Shown: positions 19,538-30,310, counted from the first letter of the stretch. The stretch: DNA of 64,000 nt from Sideroxydans sp. (GCA_027310725.1 DAIDAG010000066.1:96828-160827), one strand, 5' to 3'. Numbers and translations are program-made. The notes: generated by a model from the letters alone, not told the origin.

Positions 19538-22500
19538 ATGGTACCGGACAAAAAAATGATGCAATGGGTAAGGTTGAACAAAGGCAACGCGGTCATGCTC
19601 AAGATCGAAATGCCGGACGCTTCATTCGTGATCGGCGTGGACGGCCTGCGGCCTGCCGATCCTGAATGGCAGAAGCTGGTGTCGATTTTGAATTTCCGCC
19701 CGTCGGCATCCGGGCGGCTACTGTTGCGCGCCGGCGTGGTCGTGCTGCGCGAGATCCGCGAGGTCTTTCCAAACGTCAAGGTTGATGAGAACTATCCGGT
19801 TGACCAGATATTCGTGATGCGCAGCAAGGTGGTGAACCGCGCTGTCATTCCGGATACGCAAGCCTCCATTCTCATCGGCAAGAACTATCTCGGCCAGGAC
19901 GTGTTCGTCACGGCCACTGGTGCGCGTTACATCGCCGGCAAGGATGGGACGCCCGTATCTGAAGAAAGCATCTCAGTCGCGCCGGCATTCCTGCGCGCCA
20001 AGGCCGAAGGAGACATTGATCTGTGCGCGGACGGGTTTGTCCTGCGCATGCTTGGCGAGAACCTGCGCCCCGAGGATCTGCGCAAGTTCTGCGCAATCAT
20101 CCACGGCGAGGATGAACCCGTGGAAGAGACTGATGGACGCCTGCGCGAAGTACAAGAGGCCGTTGAAGCCGCTATATTACGCAACATCCTGCGTGAATTT
20201 GCCGAACATGGGGACATTAAGCGCTCGTATGCACGCGCCAGCATGCTGTTAGGGCATCAGCCTACGTTTGCCTTCAGAACCTCTCAATCGATCGCATTGC
20301 AGCAGTATTCGACGCCATCTACGCTGTCCCTGGCGGTGCAAAACATTCTGGGCGATGTCAACGGACTGAATTTGCTGGAACCGACCATCGGTAACGCATC
20401 GCTGGTTTCGCTGTTGCGCGGCGCGAACATCACCGGAATCGAGATCGACGAAAACCGGGTTCGCCGGACGCGCAAGATGCTGTCCGAAACCGATACGTTC
20501 GGAGAGTCGAAGATCGCCGTGCATCATGCAGATTTCACTGAGTCTGACGTAATTCCCGATGGCTACGATGTGATCGTATCCAATCCGCCCTTTGGCGGGC
20601 TGGACAAGCCGTATGTGAAGGGCGGAATGAAGGTAACGCGTATTGACCAGGAGATCGTCCTGAAGTCGCTGGACTCGCGCAAAGCCAATGGCAAATCGGT
20701 ATTCATTATCAGCGCCGACCACGACAACATCTTCAAAGAGAAAGAAGGCATGGTTCTGGACGGTTCCAAGAATCTGTTCAATTGGCTGTCCGACCATTAT
20801 GAGCTGCAGGCGTTTGAAGTCAGCGGCAACCTGTACAAGAAGCAGGGCGCCGGGTATCCGGTGCGAGTGCTGATCGTGGGAAGAAAGCGTACTCAGGCCG
20901 AGGCCGAGGATGCGCGCAAGACCAAAAAATATCGCATCGACAAGTTGCCCGTCGTCAAATCGCATGACGAACTGTGGGCACAGTCCGAAGTAATGAAGTC
21001 CTTTCTTGCTCAGTCCGTTCCTTTGCTGGCGGAAAATGATGCAAGTAATAAACTTGCAGATAATACGAAGCAGGACGTTCTCAATACGCCGGCTGATACT
21101 ACCAGCGAAGAGAGCACGATCTTCGGGAACGAATATCAGGCTCAGTATGAACCCATGTCCAGCGGTGAAACAACCGCGATGATCCCCAAGAATCTGGTTG
21201 TGCCGCAGTCCATCGCTTTCAACAGATTCATCGAAGAGAACGGCGACGCTGAGGATTTTGTGCGCGCCGAGCTGGAGATTGACGATCTGGAAGCCGTCGC
21301 GCCGGGGGCACCCGAGCAGATCGACGCCATTGCGCTCGCCATTTGGAACATGAAGCGCGGTCGCGCCCTGATTCTGGCCGATCAGACAGGGATGGGGAAG
21401 GGGCGTGTGTTGGCCGCAGCGGCGAGATGGTCGGTACTGAACAACCGCCCCGTCATCTTCCTAACAGAAAAAGCCAGTCTGTTTTCCGACTTCTGGCGCG
21501 ATGTCCGCGACATCGGTAGCGAAAGCGTCTTTACACCGTTCATCTTGAATGAAGACACGGACATCCTGTCAACGGACGGAGACAGCAAGCAGGAAGTGCT
21601 CATCCCGCGTACCAGCAAGGCGACCCGCAAGCGCGTAATCGATAGCGGCGGTAGCCTGGCTGACGAAGGTTTCAATCTGATGATGGCGACCTACTCTCAA
21701 TTTAATCGCGACGAGTCGTCTTCTGCCAAGGCACGATTCATCAAAGACGTGTCCGCCGGCGCCATGATCATCCTTGATGAATCGCATAACGCAGCAGGCG
21801 ATTCAAACACCGGGCGCAATATTGCGCAGGCGGTGCAGATGTCGCATGCGGCGGTGTATTCGTCCGCAACATTTTCCAAGGATGCAACCAACATGGGGGT
21901 GTACTACAAGGCATTCCCGACCACCGTGGACATGGCAACGCTCACGAGCACGCTGCGCGCCGGCGGTGAGCCGTTGCAAGAGGTTCTGTCGTCGATGTTG
22001 TGCGAGGACGGCGTTCTTGTGCGCCGGGAGCATGATCTTTCGAACCTGAAATTCAGCACGATCCCGATTAGCGACGAGATATTGAAGCGAAATATTCGCG
22101 TATCCGACCAGGTCTCCGATGTGTTGTCCATGATGGCCTATTTGTCCGGTGACATCGAGAAAATCGCCAAAACGGAGAACAAGAAGGTTGCTGAAGCAAT
22201 GAAGAACATGAGCAACGAGGTTCGTGAGGGCAAGCGCATGGGCGTGTCCTATACGAATTTCGGTTCTCGGCTCTATACCATTTCGCGTCAGGTCGCGCTG
22301 ACGCTGACAATGGATTCTGTGATCAATGACGCGTTGGAGGGCTTAAAGGAAGGTAAAAAGCCCGTCATTGTGCTTGAGCAGACAATGGAGTCGATCATGT
22401 CGTCACAGCGCGATCTTGAAGCGGATCCGCTGGAAGAGTTCGCGCTTGGCGCCGTAGCGCAGCAACGATTGACGATCAATGGTTTGCTGCACCGAGTTCT

Positions 22501-24652
22501 CGACAAATTGACGGTCGTCAACAGAAACAACGGCTACGGCGTCGTAGAACAGGTGAATGCGTACACGATTTCCGAGGACAAGAATCAACGCAAGGCGCTG
22601 TCAGAATTCATTGAGGCGATCGAAACCAAGATCGATGCGATCGAGCACATGACGATCATGCCGCTTGACCAGATTCGTGCCGCGCTACGCAAGGAAGGCT
22701 ATACCTCTGGCGAGGTGTCGGGGCGTAGCGCCATCTACCATTTCAATGAAGACGGTACCGTTCAGAAGGAAGAGCGCAAGAACGATACCGCGACTAAATT
22801 GGCGGAAATCTTCCGGTTCAACAGTGGTGAACACGACGAAGTCGTTGTTACCCGGTCGGGCTGCACCGGTATCTCAATGCACGCTTCCTCCAAATTTGCT
22901 GATCGCAGGCAGCGCAGGCTAATTGAGGCGCAAATCGCGAACAACGTGGCGGAGCGAGTGCAGTTCTTTGGGCGCGTCAACCGTCGCGGCCAGGTTTCGT
23001 CCCCCGAGATCCGGTCGGCGACCTCCGGCATGCCGTGGGAGAACAGGCTGCTTGCCATGCAGAACATGAAGATGCGCAAGCTGACGGCAAACGTGCAGTC
23101 CAATCGCAATTCGGCTGCGGAGATGAAAGGTATTCCGGACATCCTGAACGAGGTTGGCGAGCTGGTATGCAAGGAATTCCTTTCCACCAATCCGGAGATC
23201 ATGATCCGTCTTGCGATCGACCCGGACGGCAGCGAAAACTCGCAGGCCGAGTTCTATTTCGCCAACAAGCTGACCGGGCGTATGTCCCTGTTGCCATATG
23301 TCGAGCAGGTGAGGATCTACGACGAACTGACCAAGGAATACCAGCGCGTATTCGCCGATCTCACCAATAAGGGGATCAATCCTCTGGAATCGCGCTTGCT
23401 CGATGTCAAGGCGGAAGTCGTCAAGCGCTACGAGATACTGCCCGGCGTTGAGGGCGGCAGTGCGCTGGACGCCCCCGTGTTCGCCGAGAAGATCGAATGG
23501 ATTGAGAAAATCGATCCGATCCGCAGCGCGGGGGTGGTCGAGTTGGTGGGCAAGTCGATCGAGCGCCTGGTCGCCTCGGAAAAATCATTGTTCAAGTTGC
23601 ACACCGGCTCCGTCAGGCACGATTTCATGTCGCGCCGCGAGGTGAAGGGATTTTCAGTCATTGACTGTTCCGCAATCGTCAAGAAGGCAAGGCAGCTCTA
23701 CACCGAGGCGATGATCAAATCCGTACCGGAAAGATTCACCAACCCGGATAGCCCGATGGATGGGGTAGCGGCGGCGCTGGCCGACAAGGACATGAACGCG
23801 GTGAAGCGCGTCAACAGCCGCATGACGTGGTTCAGTGCTCATGTCGAGCATTTGATGCCCGGGGATGTCATCGAGGTGACGGTAGATGATGAGAAGACCC
23901 GCGCCGTGATCACCCATCTGCTGCCGCCGGAAGAAGGCAAGGAACACCATCTTGGGCAGTGGGAGATCCGCGTCCTTCCGGTGGGTGCACAGTATCCGGT
24001 CATCATGTCCTACAACTCTCTGATTGAGGACGAGAACTATGCGCCTCTGAGGGATTCCCACAAGGCCGTGGTGCGCGAGTTCGACGCGGCGCCAGCCGGC
24101 GAACTGACTTTCTCCAAGTGGACTTTGACAGGAAACTTGTTCCGCGCTTCCGAGATGGCCGCAACGAGCCACGTTGGCCGCGCGGGCATCTACACCACAA
24201 AGGACGGCGCGCGCCATCGCGCCATCCTTTGCCGTGCCCGCGTCGATCTGGACTCCCTGATGACGATGGAAGTAGCGCTTTCGTCCGCCGATGCCCTTGA
24301 GTTCATCGAGACATTGATCGCCGACGAGCGGGAAGGCTCAGTCAGCCTGGCGAATGACATCAAGTTGTCCTGGCGCGGCCACGGAGCGCAAATGACGATC
24401 TCGACCCCGGGCACAAAAATGGGCGGCGGGCAGGTCTTCCTGAACGAGAAGCTGCTGAAGTTCACCGGCGAGTTCAGCGGATCTCGGAAGGTGATGACGG
24501 CAACGTTCGAGCGTCCCCGTCGCATGACGAACTTCATTGAAGCCATCTATGACACGGGCTGCACCTTCAAGATGAAGGTCGAGAACGTGAAGCGTGCCGC
24601 AGACGACTCCAAGAGCGGGGCAGTTCAGATCAACCGAAAATTTGGGACTTAA
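19538..24652 (+). CDS. Adenine methyltransferase / Strawberry-notch-type SF2 helicase fusion (DarB-like polyvalent protein)
   Basis: QQYSTP, LEPTIGNASL, NPPFG, then ADQTGMGKGR, TYSQ, ILDESHNA, YSSATF, TGISMHAS, QFFGRVNRRGQ. Confidence 0.88.
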   Translation: MVPDKKMMQWVRLNKGNAVMLKIEMPDASFVIGVDGLRPADPEWQKLVSILNFRPSASGRLLLRAGVVVLREIREVFPNVKVDENYPVDQIFVMRSKVVNRAVIPDTQASILIGKNYLGQDVFVTATGARYIAGKDGTPVSEESISVAPAFLRAKAEGDIDLCADGFVLRMLGENLRPEDLRKFCAIIHGEDEPVEETDGRLREVQEAVEAAILRNILREFAEHGDIKRSYARASMLLGHQPTFAFRTSQSIALQQYSTPSTLSLAVQNILGDVNGLNLLEPTIGNASLVSLLRGANITGIEIDENRVRRTRKMLSETDTFGESKIAVHHADFTESDVIPDGYDVIVSNPPFGGLDKPYVKGGMKVTRIDQEIVLKSLDSRKANGKSVFIISADHDNIFKEKEGMVLDGSKNLFNWLSDHYELQAFEVSGNLYKKQGAGYPVRVLIVGRKRTQAEAEDARKTKKYRIDKLPVVKSHDELWAQSEVMKSFLAQSVPLLAENDASNKLADNTKQDVLNTPADTTSEESTIFGNEYQAQYEPMSSGETTAMIPKNLVVPQSIAFNRFIEENGDAEDFVRAELEIDDLEAVAPGAPEQIDAIALAIWNMKRGRALILADQTGMGKGRVLAAAARWSVLNNRPVIFLTEKASLFSDFWRDVRDIGSESVFTPFILNEDTDILSTDGDSKQEVLIPRTSKATRKRVIDSGGSLADEGFNLMMATYSQFNRDESSSAKARFIKDVSAGAMIILDESHNAAGDSNTGRNIAQAVQMSHAAVYSSATFSKDATNMGVYYKAFPTTVDMATLTSTLRAGGEPLQEVLSSMLCEDGVLVRREHDLSNLKFSTIPISDEILKRNIRVSDQVSDVLSMMAYLSGDIEKIAKTENKKVAEAMKNMSNEVREGKRMGVSYTNFGSRLYTISRQVALTLTMDSVINDALEGLKEGKKPVIVLEQTMESIMSSQRDLEADPLEEFALGAVAQQRLTINGLLHRVLDKLTVVNRNNGYGVVEQVNAYTISEDKNQRKALSEFIEAIETKIDAIEHMTIMPLDQIRAALRKEGYTSGEVSGRSAIYHFNEDGTVQKEERKNDTATKLAEIFRFNSGEHDEVVVTRSGCTGISMHASSKFADRRQRRLIEAQIANNVAERVQFFGRVNRRGQVSSPEIRSATSGMPWENRLLAMQNMKMRKLTANVQSNRNSAAEMKGIPDILNEVGELVCKEFLSTNPEIMIRLAIDPDGSENSQAEFYFANKLTGRMSLLPYVEQVRIYDELTKEYQRVFADLTNKGINPLESRLLDVKAEVVKRYEILPGVEGGSALDAPVFAEKIEWIEKIDPIRSAGVVELVGKSIERLVASEKSLFKLHTGSVRHDFMSRREVKGFSVIDCSAIVKKARQLYTEAMIKSVPERFTNPDSPMDGVAAALADKDMNAVKRVNSRMTWFSAHVEHLMPGDVIEVTVDDEKTRAVITHLLPPEEGKEHHLGQWEIRVLPVGAQYPVIMSYNSLIEDENYAPLRDSHKAVVREFDAAPAGELTFSKWTLTGNLFRASEMAATSHVGRAGIYTTKDGARHRAILCRARVDLDSLMTMEVALSSADALEFIETLIADEREGSVSLANDIKLSWRGHGAQMTISTPGTKMGGGQVFLNEKLLKFTGEFSGSRKVMTATFERPRRMTNFIEAIYDTGCTFKMKVENVKRAADDSKSGAVQINRKFGT

Positions 24653-24829
24653 TGAAAGGGAAATGATGAAGATCACTTTGACTGATGCCAATGGCAATAC
24701 TTCCGGGTTGCAGTGTCAATGAGGAACAGCAAGCCAAATTTCCTGCCCGACAGGATCTGATTCGTTTCATCGAGAGCACTGATAGCCCAGCCGCTTCCTC
24801 CGCGATGCGGATTTGACAAGGAGAGTCGT

Positions 24830-25388
24830 GATGGCGCAAACCGTATACACCGGCGAAAGCTATGTGATCAAAACCGAATTCAGCGGCCTGAACGTAATTA
24901 TTGAGCGCGTAGCCGATGGAAAGGATGTTCTTCTTCAGGGTGATGATGCGACTCAGTTCTTGACCGAGTATGACAACTGTCATGGTGACGACAAGCTGCT
25001 TCAGATTGTGTGCTCTGCTTATGACGAGGTGATGACTGAAAGGCGCTCTGGCGTCAATTCAGTTCTGTTGGTGCCAACGCTGGGTGAAACCATCCGGTGC
25101 ATGAAGGACGAAATTTTGTCCGATGTGCGCGCCGGTAAAGTTCCGGCTGATGTCAAATCGTTCAGCGAGCTTCACGACTATGTGGATGCCAATGAGTATG
25201 GTGGTTTTTGCAAAGAAGCATTTTCAGCCGCGTTGATCAATCACTTCGGCGGTCGCGATGAGAATGAGGGTATGCCAGATGGCATGATGAATTACACGAA
25301 CGATGCACAGAATGCCATTAACCAGTGGATCAAAGCTGGCGGAATTTCTGAGCAGCTTAAGGCGATTCCATCCGCGATGAAGATGTAA
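24830..25388 (+). CDS. Hypothetical protein
   Basis: RBS AGGAG before GTG/ATG near 24828-24833; contains SFSELHDYVDANEYGG. Confidence 0.7.
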
Positions 25389-25412
25389 AACTGAATTTCG
25401 CCGGGAGTAAAT

Positions 25413-26165
25413 ATGAGCAAAATGATCGTTGGAGCTGGTGCGTTCAAAGTGGTGAGTAATGATCGATTTGAACGGTTATTCAATTCCGCCGCAGCAACTC
25501 TTGGTGAATATCCAGGCGTATTGTCCAACAAAATTCTTTTCGGGCAGATCAAGCAAAGTGTTATTGCGAAATACGCTTTCCCGGACACAGGTAATGACCA
25601 GATCGACTTTGAGTGTTTGAGAGATGCCATCGAAGGACACATCATCAATTTTAAGGACAGTGAAGTGCTTGGACTTGATCAGGTTGGCTCTGTTATCCAG
25701 TGGAATGCCCATGAACTAGCCGCTTACATTAGCGGTGAAAAGCTTGAAGAATTCGGAATCGACAACCTCTCAGAAGTCGAGCGCATTCGGGTTGGCCTTC
25801 AGCCTTCGGTTGGCAACACGATTCCTGCTGGCGTTACCATACTGACATCTTGCGAATTCGGAGAGGTGTTCAGTGCAAATATACGGCACAAATCAGGTAA
25901 TCTGGGCAGTATGACAAAACGTAATCGTTTGGAAATTCGTAAAATCGACAAGTCTTTCCAGGTATTTTTGATCGAGCGGCGTTATGACAATTTGAAGGAA
26001 GAGGAACCAAAGGATGTTCGCCTGCAGCAAGAAGGCACATTCGAGAATATTGGTAAAGCTGCCGAGTTTGTAGGCCAGTATATTTCCGACTATCAGGGTG
26101 CAGTAATAGATGATCATGCCGAGGCTGTTGAAGTCGAGGCCTCATCAAATAAGATGAGGATGTAA
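25413..26165 (+). CDS. Hypothetical protein
   Basis: RBS GGGAG, 250 aa. Confidence 0.7.
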   Translation: MSKMIVGAGAFKVVSNDRFERLFNSAAATLGEYPGVLSNKILFGQIKQSVIAKYAFPDTGNDQIDFECLRDAIEGHIINFKDSEVLGLDQVGSVIQWNAHELAAYISGEKLEEFGIDNLSEVERIRVGLQPSVGNTIPAGVTILTSCEFGEVFSANIRHKSGNLGSMTKRNRLEIRKIDKSFQVFLIERRYDNLKEEEPKDVRLQQEGTFENIGKAAEFVGQYISDYQGAVIDDHAEAVEVEASSNKMRM

Positions 26166-26219
26166 TCCGAATAAACAAAGAGCGACCTGGTGGCGAGCTA
26201 ACAAAGGAAGGAACAACAC

Positions 26220-26675
26220 ATGAATCAACGGGATTTGATCTTGAATCACTTGTGTTCAAGGATTTTTGAACGCAATGATTTTGAAAGCGCGGAAGCATTG
26301 ATCGATGCGATCAATATGGCATCGTCTATTCCTTCCGAAACACAGTGGAGGAAGCGCAAGGATGCATTCAACCAGATAGGCGAGAAAGCCCCAATGAAGA
26401 ATGGCGGCTATTGCCTGACCTATGAGGAAGTGCCGTCATTTCTGAATACGGAAACAGACGCTTTCGTAGAGGCAATGAAAAGCGAGGCCGCATCCAAACA
26501 AATGGTGGGGGCGACAGTCAAGTCACCTGAGAGCCTGCAGCAGCCACACAGGTTTTCGAGCGTGGTTCGTAATGACACCAAAGCGCACCTCGCGGTTTTT
26601 CGTGATAGCCGTTCAGCCAGCCAGGCGGGTGATCAGGTGCGCGAACACCTTGGCATGAAGCCTAGCGCGAAGTAG
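26220..26675 (+). CDS. Hypothetical protein
   Basis: RBS AAGGA, 151 aa. Confidence 0.65.
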   Translation: MNQRDLILNHLCSRIFERNDFESAEALIDAINMASSIPSETQWRKRKDAFNQIGEKAPMKNGGYCLTYEEVPSFLNTETDAFVEAMKSEAASKQMVGATVKSPESLQQPHRFSSVVRNDTKAHLAVFRDSRSASQAGDQVREHLGMKPSAK

Positions 26676-26777
26676 GAGTGAACCATGCCGTAGGTATTGG
26701 CTAAATTGGAGCCTAATGGGCAATCTGCCCCAGGCTGTTGGTGTAGAATTCGCAGCTATTTTTGATAGGAGAACGAT

Positions 26778-26981
26778 GTGGAAGCTGGACTGAGAATCAA
26801 GATGGATAATGCAGCATTCGAGGATGATCCCGGCGAACTTGCAAGAATTCTGCGGGATCTGGCCGACAAGGTCGAGAACGGCGTCACCGATGGTGACCAG
26901 TTCGTGGCGCGAGACATCAACGGCAACAAGGTCGGATCTCTGGAGATCGTGGCCGAGCCGCGTGCCGCGCACAAGATGTAA
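26778..26981 (+). CDS. Small phage/plasmid hypothetical protein
   Basis: RBS AGGAG; DNAAF...ELARILR.LA...RDINGNKVG. Confidence 0.65.
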   Translation: MEAGLRIKMDNAAFEDDPGELARILRDLADKVENGVTDGDQFVARDINGNKVGSLEIVAEPRAAHKM

Positions 26982-27014
26982 GCGTCAAAGGCCTAATCAT
27001 TTGGGGAATTAGTT

Positions 27015-27650
27015 ATGGAAGCTAAATTAGATGCCGATCTAAATGCCGGGAATGCTTCTTTGCGCAATGCTGTTGGTGAAATTATTCATCGAATAAGCAA
27101 ATCATTGCCAGACATCAGGGAACCAATCAAGATGTACCTTGCTGGTGGCGTGGCAGTGAATTTCTATACTGGCTATCGAGCAACCGATGATGTCGATGCA
27201 TCGTTTTCGCACAAAATCATTTTGCCTAATGCCAACGAGCTGGTTGTCTCATACGATGACGAGAACGGCAAGCACAAAATGGTGTACTTCGATATGAACT
27301 ACAACCCGACTTTCGCTTTGATGCACCCTGATTTTGAGAAAGATGCTGCATTGGTCGAGGGAAATGAGTTTAAGGACGACAAAATCAAGTTGTATATCTT
27401 GTCCCCTGTTGATCTGGCGCTTAGTAAAGTTTCAAGATTAGAGGGTAACGACAGAGAAGACATAGCCGAGCTTGCAAAACGCAAATTAATTTCGTCGAAA
27501 GAACTGGAAGAACGTGCAGAGGAAGCACTTTCATATTATATTGGCAATCAAGCGATGTTGAGAGTGAACATTCAGGACGTGCTGGAGGTCATAGAGACGG
27601 TACAGCAGGGCTTGAATCATGGCATAAATGGAAAAGGATATGGGCGCTAA
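27015..27650 (+). CDS. Nucleotidyltransferase-fold protein (DUF6036/AbiEii-like)
   Basis: YLAGGVAV..Y...RATDDVD, LSPVDLALSK..R....DREDI. Confidence 0.75.
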   Translation: MEAKLDADLNAGNASLRNAVGEIIHRISKSLPDIREPIKMYLAGGVAVNFYTGYRATDDVDASFSHKIILPNANELVVSYDDENGKHKMVYFDMNYNPTFALMHPDFEKDAALVEGNEFKDDKIKLYILSPVDLALSKVSRLEGNDREDIAELAKRKLISSKELEERAEEALSYYIGNQAMLRVNIQDVLEVIETVQQGLNHGINGKGYGR

Positions 27651-27990
27651 TCCGTTTAACAAACAACAATTCAATGCCTACCGGGATTGGGAGCAATCCT
27701 TGGTGGAGTTTTTTGTGCGCGAAGCAAAAAAGCCGAACATGGTGAATTGGTTATCAATGGTCAATGGCGCGGACTCGCCGAGGTCAGTAGCGTATTCGGC
27801 CTTGCTTTTATCTAACCTTGTTAGCAGCAAGCCGAACTATACGGAATCTGCCAAGGCGTTATATTCCGTCTATGAGAGGCTTACTGAGCAAAGAGGCAAC
27901 GCCTCCGAATTTGAAGAATGGCTGCACTCTGATTGGCTGAACGTATCGCGAGTGGCAAATATGTTCAAGGCCGAATTGATGCACCACTAA
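27628..27990 (+). CDS. Hypothetical protein overlapping the NTase gene (possible partner)
   Basis: Overlapping ORF with the same AT-richer composition. Confidence 0.6.
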   Translation: MEKDMGANPFNKQQFNAYRDWEQSLVEFFVREAKKPNMVNWLSMVNGADSPRSVAYSALLLSNLVSSKPNYTESAKALYSVYERLTEQRGNASEFEEWLHSDWLNVSRVANMFKAELMHH

Positions 27991-28140
27991 TTTTTTTCCA
28001 TAACACTGGATTCTCGCCTATCCCACTAAGTTGCGCAAAATCGCAAACTGAATTAAATGGTTGGCCTGGATAGTCAAATTTTCAAGTAACATCTAGTCGT
28101 CCTTCTACCTCTTCCAGCGATATAAATTTCTTCGCACGCC

Positions 28141-28191
28141 TTGTCCGAAAAAAACGTCGGTGCTATAGTTGGTGCATAATTACTACTTGCA
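28141..28191 (+). promoter_or_regulatory. Sigma70-like promoter with downstream TGCA-N11-TGCA operator
   Basis: TTGTCC-N17-TATAGT (28141-28169) with extended -10 TG; operator TGCAtaattactactTGCA at 28173-28191. Confidence 0.65.
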
Positions 28192-28203
28192 CTAATTATA
28201 CGC

Positions 28204-29721
28204 ATGAGACTGTTTGTTGCAGAAAAACCTGATGTAGCAAGAGAGCTTGCAGCGTTTATCGGCAAGCGCAATAAGGCATCCCCCAAAAAAGAGGCTCGGT
28301 ACATTGAAGTAGGAGACACAATCGTAACCTGGGCGCGCGGGCATCTGCTTGAACAGGGAGAGGTCGATGACTACTTCCTCGACGTTCCCAGGACGAAAGA
28401 AAATTCCAGCCGTGGCCGTCTCTACTGGCAGCACGTGCCGTTACCCATTCTCCCCAAAAAGTTCTTGTACGTCCCCTCAAAAGAGGATTCCGACCGCTCC
28501 GCGCAACTCAAGGAAATCGGCAGGCTGATGAAGTCGGCCACTGATATCTTCAACGCCGCCGACCGTGACCGGGAAGGGCAACTGATCTTCGACGAGATCA
28601 TTGAGCATTTCGGAATTTCAGGAAAACCGATCAAGCGGCTGATCTTCTCGTCATTGGACGATGCGGCGCTGGAACGCGCGTTCAACAGCGCGGTAGATAA
28701 CAAAACGCCCGGCATCTTCAACATGGGTCTTGCGGCAAAGACGCGTGGGCAGGCCGACTGGCTAATTGGCATGAACGGCACCCGCGCCATGACGCTGGCA
28801 CACGTAACGCCGGCCAAGGGCGCCGGCTCCCTGAATGTTGGCCGCGCGATGACGCCGACGATGTCGGTTGTAGTGCGCCGTCACCTAGAGATTCTGAATT
28901 TCAAATCCTCCGCCTTTTACGTGCCAATGGTGGAGCTGCCCGATGGCACTGTTCTGGAGTGGAAAAAGCGCCTGGACGAAAGCGACACCAAAGGGCTGGA
29001 CGCCAACGGCAAGATCATCGATCGTGCGCTGGCCGAGCGTATCGTCAAGGCGATCAACGACGGTCTGGAAGGGGAAATTACCGAGGCCAAGTCCACCGAA
29101 AGGCGGGAGGAGCCACCGCTGCCGTTCTCCCTGCCGTCAATACAGTCCGAACTGTCCAAGAAATACGGGCTGACCGTAGAAGAGATCACGGAGGCGTGTC
29201 AGTCGCTCTACCAGAAGAAAATGCAAACCTATGTCGGTACCGATTGTCCATACTTGCCGGAGGCGATGCATGGAGAGGCATCGGATGTGCTGAACGGGCT
29301 AAAGGCGATGTTCGGCAAGGCCGTGAGCGGCACGAACGTAACGCGCAAGTATGGCTGCTGGAATGACAAAAAGCTGTCCGGCGAAGGCGGTGCCGCCCAC
29401 CACGGGATCATTCCGACCGGAATTAAGGGGTCAATCAGCTCGGAAGCAGAGCGGCTTGTGTACCAAGCCGTGTGCAACCGCTATATCGCTCAGTTCTATC
29501 CAGAACACCGTTACCTGGCGATTTCGCTCAAGGCAGCGTTTGGCGGTGCAACCGGTGACGAGTTCAACGCAACCGCCAAGGCGGTAATCTCAAACGGCTG
29601 GAAAGACGTGGAGGGAGAAGGCGATACGAACGAGGATCGAACCACAGACAATGATCGCACGGCGCCGGACAGCAAAGCTGGCGCGCAAAAACCGTCCGAT
29701 ATGGGCGGACGCAAAGGATGA
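28204..29721 (+). CDS. topB: DNA topoisomerase III, N-terminal part (TOPRIM plus catalytic Tyr region)
   Basis: AEKP, TWARGHL, AADRDREG, ADWLIGMNGTRA, VGRAMTPT, PPLPFSL, AQ-equivalent CQSLYQKK..TYVGTD, AHHGIIPT; ends before the GT..TR motif. Confidence 0.88.
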   Translation: MRLFVAEKPDVARELAAFIGKRNKASPKKEARYIEVGDTIVTWARGHLLEQGEVDDYFLDVPRTKENSSRGRLYWQHVPLPILPKKFLYVPSKEDSDRSAQLKEIGRLMKSATDIFNAADRDREGQLIFDEIIEHFGISGKPIKRLIFSSLDDAALERAFNSAVDNKTPGIFNMGLAAKTRGQADWLIGMNGTRAMTLAHVTPAKGAGSLNVGRAMTPTMSVVVRRHLEILNFKSSAFYVPMVELPDGTVLEWKKRLDESDTKGLDANGKIIDRALAERIVKAINDGLEGEITEAKSTERREEPPLPFSLPSIQSELSKKYGLTVEEITEACQSLYQKKMQTYVGTDCPYLPEAMHGEASDVLNGLKAMFGKAVSGTNVTRKYGCWNDKKLSGEGGAAHHGIIPTGIKGSISSEAERLVYQAVCNRYIAQFYPEHRYLAISLKAAFGGATGDEFNATAKAVISNGWKDVEGEGDTNEDRTTDNDRTAPDSKAGAQKPSDMGGRKG

Positions 29722-30086
29722 CCGATATGTTGTTGGCGACGGAAACGCCGTTCATCGGCAGGAAGAAGGGTGCGTTTGCAGGGGTACGGAACCGGGTTTT
29801 GCTGAGTCAGCAGCAGGAACGGATGACCCAGATCGCAGCTTTGATCGAAGCTGCCGTATCGAAGTTGGGGCACGATCCCATTGCGGTCAGCGATTTGATC
29901 GAAATTTCTAAAAAAGTGACGTACATGCTTGGGGCGATGAACGACATCATGGAAAGCGGTCGTTCTGGGGAGATCCACACAACTGATTTTGATGATGAAA
30001 ATTTGGACGCTTTTTTGAAAAACACATCAATTATTGCATCGATAATCGAATCACATTTACATAGACCCAAGGACGGTCAATCATGA
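29718..30086 (+). CDS. Hypothetical protein
   Basis: ATGA overlap with topB-N. Confidence 0.65.
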   Translation: MTDMLLATETPFIGRKKGAFAGVRNRVLLSQQQERMTQIAALIEAAVSKLGHDPIAVSDLIEISKKVTYMLGAMNDIMESGRSGEIHTTDFDDENLDAFLKNTSIIASIIESHLHRPKDGQS

Positions 30087-30310
30087 AATCAACGATGAAT
30101 TTTCTCAGGGTGCAAGTGGACACCGTCTTCGACCACGCGACCGCAGAACTTCAAGCCGGCAAGCAAATGCTGCAAAACGCTGCGCTGGCCGGACAATCGG
30201 CGATGAGCAGCTTTGTGGCCGATTTATCGATGAGCCGCAATAACATCGGCACCGCCATCGTTCGCTCTGCCGAAAAGCCCATCGATGACCGTCTGAAGTT
30301 GAGGGGATGA
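30083..30310 (+). CDS. Small hypothetical protein
   Basis: ATGA overlaps at both ends. Confidence 0.55.
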   Translation: MKSTMNFLRVQVDTVFDHATAELQAGKQMLQNAALAGQSAMSSFVADLSMSRNNIGTAIVRSAEKPIDDRLKLRG

